Positions 23,294 through 33,197 of a DNA stretch of 64,000 nucleotides are shown here, piece after piece. The notes beneath the pieces are model-generated. The model was not told the DNA's origin, did not search any database, and saw only the letters and a program-made list of their open reading frames with translations. Every line of letters begins with the position of its first letter. The stretch's first letter is position 1. The position numbers and the translations under genes were made by a program. The DNA is from Perkinsela sp. CCAP 1560/9 (lineage: Eukaryota; Protista; Euglenozoa: Kinetoplastea), in assembly GCA_965644495.1 (NCBI GenBank), contig CBFFSA010000010.1:620001-684000 (forward strand), in the 5' to 3' direction.

Positions 23294-23752
23294 GTTCATA
23301 CCGGGCGAGCCGGCAGAGCATCTTCCTGTCGTACGACGACCGTTATCAACGGCCATTACAGCGCATTCAACGCCGTTCGTACGCAGGGATTCGGCCTATG
23401 GCCACGCCGCGTGGTCCTCAAGGGAGGTTCTGCAGCGCCTGGGGGGGTGAAGGGGGCACTGGACTTCCACGGCGGGGGGCGTCGTTGAGAGGCTGCAAGA
23501 AGCCTTTCGGCTACGCAGCGTCGTTGAGAGGCTCTCCCCGGCGTCCATCCAGCGGGGGCATTCGGCGCGTCTGACGCGCTTCACGTGAGTGCGAAGCGGC
23601 GGCCCCTCTTCAACGGAAAGATGAGTTTCCGGCCCTAGCACCAGCCGGAAACGGACATACATAAAAGGTTAAGAGTATGCCCGTTTCCGGGAAAAGAAAG
23701 GACGAACTAGGGAAAATGTACCAACAAGGTACAGAAACTATATCTTTATCTT
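23294..23752 (-). mobile_element. SL-headed short structured retroposon, copy B
   Basis: The minus strand begins AAGATAAAGATATAGTTTCTGTACCTTGTTG (SL nt 9-39, one mismatch), then a hairpin homologous to copy A; it interrupts LRR coding sequence. Confidence 0.75.
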
Positions 23753-24564
23753 CCATATATCTTCCATATATCCTGAGGCAATACTGAAAAATCTACTGCA
23801 CCACACAACTCGTTAGCAGAAATATTTAACCATGTGAGAGATCGTGGTAAATGTTCCCAATGCAAAGTTCCCCGTACCCCTCGATTGTTCCGCCTAATGC
23901 TAATGACTTCACCTTCATCATTGCAGTCCACTCCATCCCACTGACATGCAGGTGTGGCAGTACTCTATGACTCATGTGGATTCTTAATATCACAAATAAA
24001 TTTTGCAAGGTCATATTCCTGAGGAAGAAATATATCCCTCACTTTTCCAGCACGCGAAGCTGAAGTCGCAGAATTATCCGCACTGTTGTAAAGTATGAGC
24101 AAAGCAAACATTCGAACCATAGTAACTATGGTTTACATGTTAATTATCCGAAACTATTAGTTTCGGATCACATAAATTTATAGCATAAAAAATATATTAA
24201 AATAAAGTAGAAGCGATGAAAAAGACAAGCTTAAAAGAAATTTTTGACGCGGAATCATATTTCACTCTACAGAATAATGTTCCCTCTACACTATGATCCA
24301 AAGCAATCGCTGAGGATGTTAATAGAAGCTCATCGCCCATTATGTTAGACAACCCAGAACCTTATTAAAATTATAAAATTAATTTACCCTTGTATTTACC
24401 ATTTACACGTATACATGCATACGTAAATAAATAAATACACCCGATTTATAAATACAACCGTTTTTACTATCCCATCTCTTCCTCCTTTCTTTTCCTTCAC
24501 CCATCCCCACCCCCTACAAAGTAGCGAAGGAGGGGTGCACACACTCTCTCTCTCCCTCTCTCTC

Positions 24565-24713
24565 ACTCTTTTTAAGATCCCTTACAACCTTTTTTTCAAT
24601 CTTTATCGATTGTATTCTTTTGGTTACGTCTCTTGGGGCTTACCCCCACTCTTTTTAAGATTTTTTTCCTTACAATCTTTTCTTAATCTTTATCGATTGT
24701 ATTCTTTTGGTTA
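24565..24713. repeat. Two imperfect direct repeats (about 62 bp) downstream of the kinase
   Basis: CACTCTTTTTAAGAT...CTTTATCGATTGTATTCTTTTGGTTA occurs twice. Confidence 0.75.
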
Positions 24714-24748
24714 GGTTATTGTTTCGGTTAGGCCTACCCCACGGGGCT

Positions 24749-27700
24749 CTACACCCACTCGGGGTCGTCCACCACCTGGGTGTCCCTCACGGCCTGGTCC
24801 CTCTCCTGCTGGGTCAGGGCGGTGAGGATCTGTACCGCCCGGTGGTACCCGAGCGTGGGGCCGCGGATACGGCTCGGGATCACCTTCGTGTACCCCGCGG
24901 TGGAGGGGAGCAGGGCGAGGGTGACGACGCAGGTGGGGGCGAAGAGGGACCCGAGATCGCTGTGGGGGTGGGGGTGGGGTTTGGGGGCGGGGAACTCTGT
25001 GTTATTGGATTTAGAAATCGGGATTTCTGTGGTATTGGGTTTAGAAATCGGGATTTCTGTGTTCGATTTAGAAATCGGGATTTCTATGATATTGGATTTA
25101 GAAATTAGGATTTCTGTGGGATCGGATTGAGAAACTGGGATTTCTGTGGGATTGGGTTTAGAAATCGGGATTTCTGTGCTTTTGGATTGGGAAATCGGGA
25201 TTTCTGTGAATTTAGAAATCAAGCATTCTGTGGGATTGGGTTTAGAGAATGGGATTTCTGTGTGAGGTTTATAAATCGTAGGGTAAGAGAGAGGGGACTC
25301 TGCTCCCTCACAGGGGAGAGGGGCTGAGGCGATTAGATTCCCGGTTTTGTATTCTCGTTGAGAGGTTTCAAGTTTTGAGGGGGTTGGGGTGTCGGGTTGT
25401 TGAATTTCAGGAGGGGGGAGGGAAGAAGATGGTGAGAGAGAAGGTGGAGAGTAGAAAGGTTTGGGTTTCGGGGAGTGCGGGAAAGTGGGATTTGTTGCAT
25501 TTACCAAATGGGAGGGTCGTTTTTCGGAGCTCGGAATCTTATTGTCATTCGGAGGATGAGCTGCTTTTTCTTGATGATCCATCAAATGATTAGATTCGTG
25601 ATCGTTAAGCAATGTTTTGGTTAGGGTCGCGCTTTCAACGGACGGACTACGAGACGATTGAAGTTCTCCATTCTTTTTTTGCATTGCCCCGTCCACGAAG
25701 CCTTCCGAGGCTTTGCAAGGTGTTGGACTTGAGGGAATGGATTCGCTATTCAGTGAAATCGTTGGAGATTGGATCTCACGTAAATGAACATTTGTCTCTG
25801 CATCAAAGTGTCCCTCTGCTTGCGTTGAAACCGGTGAGCCCTTTCGAGAAGACACCCCACGAGGTTGCGATAACAATCCCAGTTGTAGACTAGAGGGCTT
25901 ATGGGCGTAATGCGTTCCTTTGTTAGTTTGGTGTGATTGGCCTAAGTGGCATAAAGTAGACAGCGACAAACGATGCGCATGGGTGTGCGATTTTACCACA
26001 TTCGCCAGGGTTCCTGATAATTTACCTGAAGAATGGCTCACAGAGCTTCGTTGGACTGTTTTAGCATTCAGTCCTGTTTTCTGATCAGAAAGGGCAAACA
26101 GATGAAGTTGTTGGCGTAAAAAGGCGCGCACGTCGGTCCCGTTGGAGTAGTACAATCCTTTTAAGTAAGGCTCGTGATGCCCCTGCAGAGGTTGGAGATA
26201 TAGAAAGTCGGTATGGGTCGGTAGGAGAAGCGATTCCCATTTCTCCGGTAGAGGGGGGAGCTCTGTCGTACTTTCCGTTTCGAGAGGTTCCACACCAGTC
26301 TCGGTTCGGCTTCGTATTTTTTCGGTTTGATTAAAACTCGTTTCCACGGGAGGAGAATCAGGCATCAAGCTTTCTTTTGAAAAAGAGGCACTACAGACCG
26401 TATGTCGTCCTCTCTCTCTAAAACCTGTACAATACCGCATACGATGAAGCTTGAGCAATTTAGTTCGCAGAAATTCCGGGGTGCCCGCCAGAGTAAGCCC
26501 TCGATGACCGTATTCCTGTATTTGGAGTGTTGTCTCTAAATGCGCCAATGCGGGAAGTCGTCGGGTAAGACTCGTCAGTGAAAAAACGCTCGGAACTCCT
26601 GAAGCACCATGTCCGGAAACGGATGATTGCCGGCGAGAGGGCAAATTTGCATCGGTCGTTATCTTGTGTTGATTGGTTGTTTGAGTGTTGATAGATGCCA
26701 ATGGATCTGTTGAAGCCCCATTAGAAGAAATGGCATTTGGGACATGGATCGGAGCTGTGACACCCATAACAAACTCGGCAAAGGTAATGTAGTTTCGTAT
26801 TTCAGGGTTTGCGCTAAAATGCTGAATGAACTCCGAAATCAATTTTTCAGTTTCCTCGCCAGTGTCGCCCTTTTCCGTGTACATTTCTGGAGTACCACAG
26901 ACGAATTCACAGCTCATGTCCGTAACGCATCCCACAGGAGGCGAATCTACCGCGAACTCGTTCAGTTTTTGGCTCACTTTCGAGTCGTGTTCCGATTTCA
27001 TTTCACATAGTGTCTTTCGGAGTTCTTCTCGGCCGAGCATCCCTCGCTCATCTTGTATTTGATAAAAGATTTGCTGCAACGAGACAACCAATCGGGTAGG
27101 AATTGCGCGAAGAGGTGTGACCAGCTGTAAGAGTCTCTCCAAAGGTCCAAATTTGGACAAGGAGGCAATCATCTCGGTTGACAAAATTTGGGGAGACAAA
27201 ATCTCTTTGAGCGTACTTGCGGATAACCAATCAAGCTGTTTCCGTAGCACTCGGCCAGACTCACGGGCTCGAGAAGTCGTGGACAACAGTAAGGGTAAAT
27301 AGGCTTCACAAAAACGAGATGAGGAAATGGAAAAACGCTCTTCCTCTCCGGGGTTGGCTCCCAAAAACCGCATAATTCGATACAGATCTTGCGAGGAGGT
27401 TTGTAACACATCCCGATTCATATTTTCCATCACGATCCAGCGAATATCCATATAGCCGAGTGATTTGCTGGAGACACAGTCCAGTGTGTCGAACGCCTGG
27501 CGTAATTTTGCGCGATCCACCATATGGTGAGTTGCGGAACCCGTGTCCAGTTTGTGACGCTCCACGCTTTCACGCATTAAGGGATCACTCGGAGAGGCTT
27601 TTAAACGGTTTAAGTTGGCATGCGGGTGGGTCCCAAAAGTTCCATATTTATCTGCCGTTGCGGGCGAACTAGGAGGGGAGAACTCCATTGAAGGAACATC

Positions 27701-28789
27701 CAACAAGTGACTGCTCGGCAAGGACCCGGAAAGATGCACATTGGGACTCGTAAAACTCTGTGCCATTCGCGGACCCGTTACAGGCGTGTGGGGGATGTTG
27801 ACTAAACTCCCGTCTCGTGAAACATCATTTTTGTCCTCCTCTTCCACACTTTCCTCCGGTAAATACTCCTCCGGAAACAGCGCCTCCACTCGCAAATTCC
27901 CTCCCTCATTAAACCACGGATCTGCAATAATATCCGCAATCGTAGCTCTGCGATGGGGCTCTTTTGCCAAAATAAACTTAATCAAATGACACACCTCCTG
28001 CGAAAGATGCGGCGCCAATCGCGGAATCCCTCTTTTCACCGCACGAGCCGTCTCACTATCCGATTTCCCCGCAAATGGCAAAAACCCACACAACATAAAA
28101 CATAAAATCACCCCGGAAGCCCACACATCACACGCTTGTGCATCATACCCCTCTTCCTCCTCAAATCCACCACCACTCCCTCCATACCACGGCGCACTCT
28201 CCAGCATCTCCGGCATTTGATACTCCACACACCCTGTGATACTATGCTGCCGCACACTCCGGTCGCTCACCACCCCCAACCCAAAATCACACACCTTTAA
28301 ATTCCCCTCCGCATCGAGCAGCAAATTCTCCGCTTTTAAATCCCGATGACTGATGCCTAAATGGTGGCACGCGGCCATGGCACTCATGAGCTGCTGGTAG
28401 TACTTCCGCGCGGTGCGCTCGGAGAACCGCTTGGAGACGAGGATCTTATCAAACAGCTCCCCCCCGGGGGCGAGCTCCATGATGATGTGCACCGCCTCCG
28501 CGGTCTCCACGCACTTGATGAACCCAATCACGTGTTTGTGTCGCACCCGTTTGAGCATCTCGACCTCTTTCTTGACATAACTCCCAATGTCGTGCTGCGC
28601 GATGAAGGCCTGGGTGATGACCTTCATGGCGTAGGGGAGGCCGGTGCGGGTGTGGGTGACCGCGTAGACCTTGCCGAAGCCCCCGACCCCGAGGAGACGG
28701 CCCCGCTGGTAGTGGGCGTCGAGCAGGGGGGAGGGGGAGGGGGGAGGGGAGGGGTCCATGGGGGTTGGGTCCATGGGGGTTGGGTCCAT
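24749..28789 (-). CDS. Ser/Thr protein kinase (CAMKL/SNF1-CIPK-like), 1346 aa, with degenerate EF-hands
   Basis: GVGGFGKV, AMKVI, HRDLKAEN, DFG, DVWASG; EF-like LRQAFDTLD and YITFAEFV; C-terminal RIRGPTLGYH resembles CIPK/KA1 tails. Confidence 0.93.
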   Translation of the reverse strand: MDPTPMDPTPMDPSPPPSPSPLLDAHYQRGRLLGVGGFGKVYAVTHTRTGLPYAMKVITQAFIAQHDIGSYVKKEVEMLKRVRHKHVIGFIKCVETAEAVHIIMELAPGGELFDKILVSKRFSERTARKYYQQLMSAMAACHHLGISHRDLKAENLLLDAEGNLKVCDFGLGVVSDRSVRQHSITGCVEYQMPEMLESAPWYGGSGGGFEEEEGYDAQACDVWASGVILCFMLCGFLPFAGKSDSETARAVKRGIPRLAPHLSQEVCHLIKFILAKEPHRRATIADIIADPWFNEGGNLRVEALFPEEYLPEESVEEEDKNDVSRDGSLVNIPHTPVTGPRMAQSFTSPNVHLSGSLPSSHLLDVPSMEFSPPSSPATADKYGTFGTHPHANLNRLKASPSDPLMRESVERHKLDTGSATHHMVDRAKLRQAFDTLDCVSSKSLGYMDIRWIVMENMNRDVLQTSSQDLYRIMRFLGANPGEEERFSISSSRFCEAYLPLLLSTTSRARESGRVLRKQLDWLSASTLKEILSPQILSTEMIASLSKFGPLERLLQLVTPLRAIPTRLVVSLQQIFYQIQDERGMLGREELRKTLCEMKSEHDSKVSQKLNEFAVDSPPVGCVTDMSCEFVCGTPEMYTEKGDTGEETEKLISEFIQHFSANPEIRNYITFAEFVMGVTAPIHVPNAISSNGASTDPLASINTQTTNQHKITTDANLPSRRQSSVSGHGASGVPSVFSLTSLTRRLPALAHLETTLQIQEYGHRGLTLAGTPEFLRTKLLKLHRMRYCTGFRERGRHTVCSASFSKESLMPDSPPVETSFNQTEKIRSRTETGVEPLETESTTELPPLPEKWESLLLPTHTDFLYLQPLQGHHEPYLKGLYYSNGTDVRAFLRQQLHLFALSDQKTGLNAKTVQRSSVSHSSGKLSGTLANVVKSHTHAHRLSLSTLCHLGQSHQTNKGTHYAHKPSSLQLGLLSQPRGVSSRKGSPVSTQAEGHFDAETNVHLREIQSPTISLNSESIPSSPTPCKASEGFVDGAMQKKNGELQSSRSPSVESATLTKTLLNDHESNHLMDHQEKAAHPPNDNKIPSSEKRPSHLVNATNPTFPHSPKPKPFYSPPSLSPSSSLPPPEIQQPDTPTPSKLETSQREYKTGNLIASAPLPCEGAESPLSYPTIYKPHTEIPFSKPNPTECLISKFTEIPISQSKSTEIPISKPNPTEIPVSQSDPTEILISKSNIIEIPISKSNTEIPISKPNTTEIPISKSNNTEFPAPKPHPHPHSDLGSLFAPTCVVTLALLPSTAGYTKVIPSRIRGPTLGYHRAVQILTALTQQERDQAVRDTQVVDDPEWV
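24995..25265 (-). repeat. Coding minisatellite, about 33-bp unit, TEIPISKxNx about 8 times
   Basis: Repeated TTTAGAAATCGGGATTTCTGTG. Confidence 0.9.
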
Positions 28790-28980
28790 GGGGGTTTAAA
28801 GCTTTTTTACAGCTTTATCGAGGTGTTTTTGAAAGGTTTTGATGTTTTTAAATACTTTTTTGAACCTTTTTTAAAGGTTTTTAAGTGGTTTTCAGCTCTC
28901 TTTTTGGGTTTTCACAGCCTTTTGTAGCCTTTTGGGTGATTTTTAGAGCTTAGATTTTAGGGTTTTTCGAAGGGGCTATC

Positions 28981-29035
28981 CTGTGAGGGATGTAGTAAGC
29001 GGTGGTAGAGGAAAGCGGAGAAAAGAAGAAGAGAT
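28981..29035 (-). promoter_or_regulatory. Candidate polypyrimidine tract and trans-splice acceptor AG for the kinase
   Basis: Minus-strand CTCTTCTTCTTTTCTCCGCTTTCCTC followed by TCACAG about 190 nt upstream of the ATG. Confidence 0.4.
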
Positions 29036-29776
29036 TTTAGGATACATAGTGCAGGCTTGGGTCTAGTTTTGGGTCAGCAAAAGGGGTGTCGGGACTCTGT
29101 TATGGAGTAGGTTGTTTCGGTTGGTGAAAACTTCAAAGGGATAGTTACGTCGACAAAGTTGAGTATGGCATCAAGAAAATAGCGAAATGAAGAGCCTGAC
29201 TTTGTGAAACAAAAAAAAAGAATCTCGATTTGAAAATTCTGAATCTCAAACCATAACACACAAGTGGAACACCTACATCAACTCTACTAGAAAACATTTT
29301 CTAAGGTTATACATTTTAAATTCATCCATACCCTTTGGGGGCAAGACTTTACGCTACTATAGCGTTGCCCAAGCGAGTAATTATGGAATACAGAAAATAT
29401 ATATAGAACACAGTTATCATTCTAGGTTCTACGTTTTGAGGCACATCACCAGCGAAGCAGCATAGGGAACGATATTCAAAAGAGCGGGAAAAACACTCCA
29501 GGACTGTGCCACTTTAAAACGAAAGCCTCGTGTCTTTAAAACAGACGCAAACTGGAACTTTCGCATGACTACACCGCCCGAATTTGCCATCGGCAGAATT
29601 CTACGTTTCTACACAACTCAGTTCTACTAAAAACTCTTTTATATCATCACTTCGGTTCTCAGAGAAAACCCCATACCTTGAAACTCTTCATTTTCCTCTG
29701 TAAACCAAAATCTAAGGCATCCTTTCGTACGCATTTTAAAAGAACGGCCAAAAAAGGAGAAAATGACTCCTTCTTT

Positions 29777-31996
29777 CTACGCTCCTCTGCTCCCTCTTTT
29801 CACCCGGAAGTACGCCCCTTGTGGGGGTGCACTCATCATGGTACTGAAATTATACCCGTTGATCGGAACAAAGGTCGAACCATTCATACTTTCTGCAGCA
29901 AAAGAAGCCCTTTTAACCTCTTTCGCCATCCCCTCTCGCGCATACAAACGATTCGGATCCAATTCGGTTAACCCTCGAGGGGTGTTCGGGGCATTTTCCC
30001 GCATCCCCGGGTACACCCCCCCTTTCCTCACCACCCCACTCCCCCCCTCCACCCTGTAACACCCCCCTTTCGCCACTTTACTCCCCTCCTGCGGGGTGGT
30101 CGTTAGCACCGCTTGGCCTCCCCCTCTTCCATCCCCACCCCTCCCCTGCGCCATCGGAGGACACACCGTCACCCGCTGTACATCGCTCTCCTCCTCCGCC
30201 AACGCCTGCAACAACCCCGCCACCGTCTTCCCCCCGCCCGGGGGGTGGTTCCCCCCCCCCTCCGTGGGGAGGGCCCTGTCCCCCCCCGCCATCTCCCCCA
30301 CCAACCTCCCCAGCACCCTCCCCACCCGCACCAACGTGTCGTCCACCTCCCCCGTCCCCGGGTCCACGTCCACCCCGAGGTAGTCCTCCACGAGGAGCGC
30401 GTTCCCCGGCTGCAGCTTGGCACAGCCCGGGGCGTTATCCACCAACACCACGTGGCTCAGGGGTCGCCCCAGCAGCCGCAGGTCCTTGGTGTGCAAAGGC
30501 TCCGTGTACCAGTGGGGGCTCCGGCAAATCACGTGCTCGAATAGGGAGCTGTGGTTCGGGTCCAGCTGGGCTAACACGGGACGGGCGGTCTCGGGGGTGG
30601 AGGCGGTCCAGAGCACGAGCTCGATTGCCGTAGGGTTGTGGAGGGCGTGGAGGAGTTCCCGGGCGTGGGGGCGGAGGAGGGCGCGGGGGAGGTGGGGGTG
30701 GCGGTTGGAGACGAGGGTCTCGTCGAGGTCGAGGACGACGGTGAGACGGGGGGGGGAGAAGGGGGGGAATAAAAATAGAGAAGAAGAAGAGGGGGAGGGG
30801 GAGGGGGAAGGGGGGGTGGCCTCGGAAAGGGTGGGAGGGGTGTTGGAAGGGTGATTTTTGGATGGGTCGGGATTGTCGGGATTGATTTTGGGTTCATCGG
30901 GGTGGATGTTGGTGGTGGGGGTGGGGGTTGGGGTTGGGGGTTGGTGGGGAAAAGAGCATTGGGGACATGTTGTGGAAAGGAAGGAGGAAGGGTTGTGAGG
31001 GTGGGGGGTGAGGGTGGGGGGTAAATCGGGGAGCAGGAATTGGGCGCTGTGGGGGAGATAATAGGTGGGGACGGGGGTGTGAGGAAGCGTCGGGCGTGCC
31101 GGGGTGGTTGTGTCGAAGGAAAGGTGGGGGGAAGACGGACGACTCGAACTCTTGCGATTTGGGGACGGAGGAGGGGAGGAAGAAACCCGGCTGCGTTGGG
31201 GTTTTCCTTTTATCGGGGTTGGAATACGACTGTTTTTGTTTTCCTCGGGTGGTTGAGCCCTTCTGCAGCTCCCGTGCGTCTTGTGCATTTTGTCTGCTTG
31301 TGAGGAAGAAACACTGGGTTGCGGAGTCCCGGAGGTAAGCTCTCGGGGCGTACTCTCGGTGGTGGATGCGAGCGCATCTGAAACTGAAGAAAAGGAACGT
31401 TTTGATTCCGCATCTCTGCGGTCTGTTTCGTGGTCGTCTTTTCTATCGCGCATGCTCATTGGGGTGCGGGGCGTAAATAAGCGCGAAGAAAAACTACGAC
31501 TAGGCGAATCCATGCTGTAAGAAGAACCAGGTGTGGCTGCTTTGCGAGGTGTCGTTGCGGGGGTATGGCTGAAAAGGACCGTTTGTTCCGATGTAGTTTG
31601 CGAAAAGCCATAGCCAGCTTTTATCTCTGAGGGGGTGCCATTGTTACCCACGCAGCTTTTCTCTTCCTTGCGAGAAGAAAAAAGAGTAGGAGCGTTACCG
31701 GGCGCTGTACTTCGTTCTTCAAAATTTCTCGACACGTTCTCGGAATAGAGAGTTTTGCGACCGGATGTAACCAAAAGAGGTGATGTTTTGAACGAGTCTG
31801 GTATATTCGAAACTGGTCTCGTAGTCTCATCTCTTGCAATGAGCCCATGATCTGTTGACAAGGCAGATTCCATAGTTGTTTCTGGATCGATCTCTTCCTC
31901 AAAGGAATCACAAATCATGTCACACATGGTCGCATTAATGCTGTCGGAACTGGAAGGACAAGTTGGATCGGTATTGAGTGGACGCAGTGCAGTCAT
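29777..31996 (-). CDS. FCP1/SCP-type (NIF, HAD) phosphatase, 739 aa, with a long disordered N-terminus
   Basis: VVLDLDETLV (DxDxT), LRP, LWTAS, KDLRLLGRPLSHVVLVDN. Confidence 0.92.
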   Translation of the reverse strand: MTALRPLNTDPTCPSSSDSINATMCDMICDSFEEEIDPETTMESALSTDHGLIARDETTRPVSNIPDSFKTSPLLVTSGRKTLYSENVSRNFEERSTAPGNAPTLFSSRKEEKSCVGNNGTPSEIKAGYGFSQTTSEQTVLFSHTPATTPRKAATPGSSYSMDSPSRSFSSRLFTPRTPMSMRDRKDDHETDRRDAESKRSFSSVSDALASTTESTPRELTSGTPQPSVSSSQADKMHKTHGSCRRAQPPEENKNSRIPTPIKGKPQRSRVSSSPPPSPNRKSSSRPSSPHLSFDTTTPARPTLPHTPVPTYYLPHSAQFLLPDLPPTLTPHPHNPSSFLSTTCPQCSFPHQPPTPTPTPTTNIHPDEPKINPDNPDPSKNHPSNTPPTLSEATPPSPSPSPSSSSLFLFPPFSPPRLTVVLDLDETLVSNRHPHLPRALLRPHARELLHALHNPTAIELVLWTASTPETARPVLAQLDPNHSSLFEHVICRSPHWYTEPLHTKDLRLLGRPLSHVVLVDNAPGCAKLQPGNALLVEDYLGVDVDPGTGEVDDTLVRVGRVLGRLVGEMAGGDRALPTEGGGNHPPGGGKTVAGLLQALAEEESDVQRVTVCPPMAQGRGGDGRGGGQAVLTTTPQEGSKVAKGGCYRVEGGSGVVRKGGVYPGMRENAPNTPRGLTELDPNRLYAREGMAKEVKRASFAAESMNGSTFVPINGYNFSTMMSAPPQGAYFRVKRGSRGA

Positions 31997-32399
31997 TTTT
32001 AGCTAAAAGGCGTTTCAAAAGTTCTAGTAACGTATAGGTTACTATATAGTATAACCTTCCTTTTTCGGAAGGAAAAATATGAAAAACATTTTAATTTTGC
32101 GAAAAAAAGATCGAGTACATACACTTGCCCAGAGGGAAGACTGAAGCAATCACTGCAAACACCAGTACTTCATTCTTACTTGTATGAACGAAGTAAGAGT
32201 GAACGAAACCGATGAAATTCCGAAAAAGGAAACTTTTTTGACGTCGGAACTTAGGTATTGAGGATAAACTAGGTAGGCGAAAGCGTGTAAAAATGGGTGA
32301 AAAAACGTTGCAAAGGCACCAGAATATGAATCTGGAGTGAAGAAATAAAAACTATAAAAAAATCAAAAAAATCGACTTTGGGGTACATTTTCGATGGCA

Positions 32400-32900
32400 T
32401 TAATCCAATATTTTTTTCAAAATTGTTTCGCCTATTGTATTTTTATAGATTGGGACGTGCACTAGCTCTCTACGCCGTTAGTTTCATAAGATACACCTTC
32501 TTGGAGCCGCAGTACGCCTCCCAAAATATCCCATTTTTACCGAAATATGTGGAAAAGTAATTTTCGGACCCAAAGGGGCTTTTTGTGTCGGAAGAATGGT
32601 GTCATTGGAGTCGCATTCTCTACCCATTACGTTCTGTATCGTTGAATGCACGCCTTCGAGTGATTTCCGATACGCAAACATCGAATTTAGTGCTCTGAGA
32701 GCAGAAATGCGCTAAAATAGACCTATTCTTACCCAAAAATTGGGTACTTGCGGCTCCAATCCTTCCAATTTCTTCTACTTTCGAAGCCAAATTTTCATTT
32801 TTAGGCTCCCCATTAAACGCGGAGGTAGTTTTCAACGCGAAGCGCGCAGCATGAGTGACTTCTAAGCTGAAAACGACCACCGCGTTTAACGAAGAGCCTA
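32400..32900 (-). mobile_element. HINE-like element, partial copy ending in the 99-bp foldback (32802-32900)
   Basis: Colinear with 33840-34331. Confidence 0.7.
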
Positions 32901-32915
32901 AAAAAGAAATTACTA

Positions 32916-33155
32916 AACCACAGTCCGGTTTAACATTCCTGTAGCTAGATAACATTCCGGGGGGGGGGGGGCAATGTTATGATGTCCCATGCGTTTGAAT
33001 GGGCTTATTTGAATGGGCGAAGAGGAAGATACTGAATAAATGAAGTTATTTTTCCTTTTAAAAAAATATCTTGAAAATTTCACATTCCTGTAGCTACTTA
33101 ACATTACTGCAGCTAATTAATATTCCCCCCCGGAATGTTAAACCGGACTGTGGTT
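32916..33155. mobile_element. MITE with 24-bp perfect TIR and TA TSD
   Basis: TA-AACCACAGTCCGGTTTAACATTCC ... GGAATGTTAAACCGGACTGTGGTT-TA. Confidence 0.9.
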
Positions 33156-33197
33156 TATATCATTTCATCGAAAACCTCCATAGTGGCAGTAAATAAT

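Larger units (their letters stand above)
22566..24112 (-). pseudogene. LRR gene disrupted by frameshifts and two insertions
   Basis: SASRAGKVRG, CQWDGVDC and LHWEHLPRSL at 23760-24112; MDRNLFSGEF..YLDVSDNKFSG at 23060-23285; native end FVPESWLE* at 22566-22591, homologous to GIPESFFTD* of the 20658 gene. Confidence 0.85.

Noticed and set aside
23600-23752. Canonical SL RNA gene (copy B has GT after the exon)
   Set aside because: The exon lacks its first 8 nt, no Sm site lies between the hairpins, it is not in a tandem array, and the other loci lack GT. Kept only as an alternative explanation.
29777-31996. Glycosomal phosphatase PIP39
   Set aside because: The C-terminus RGA is not a PTS1 signal; only family-level evidence exists.
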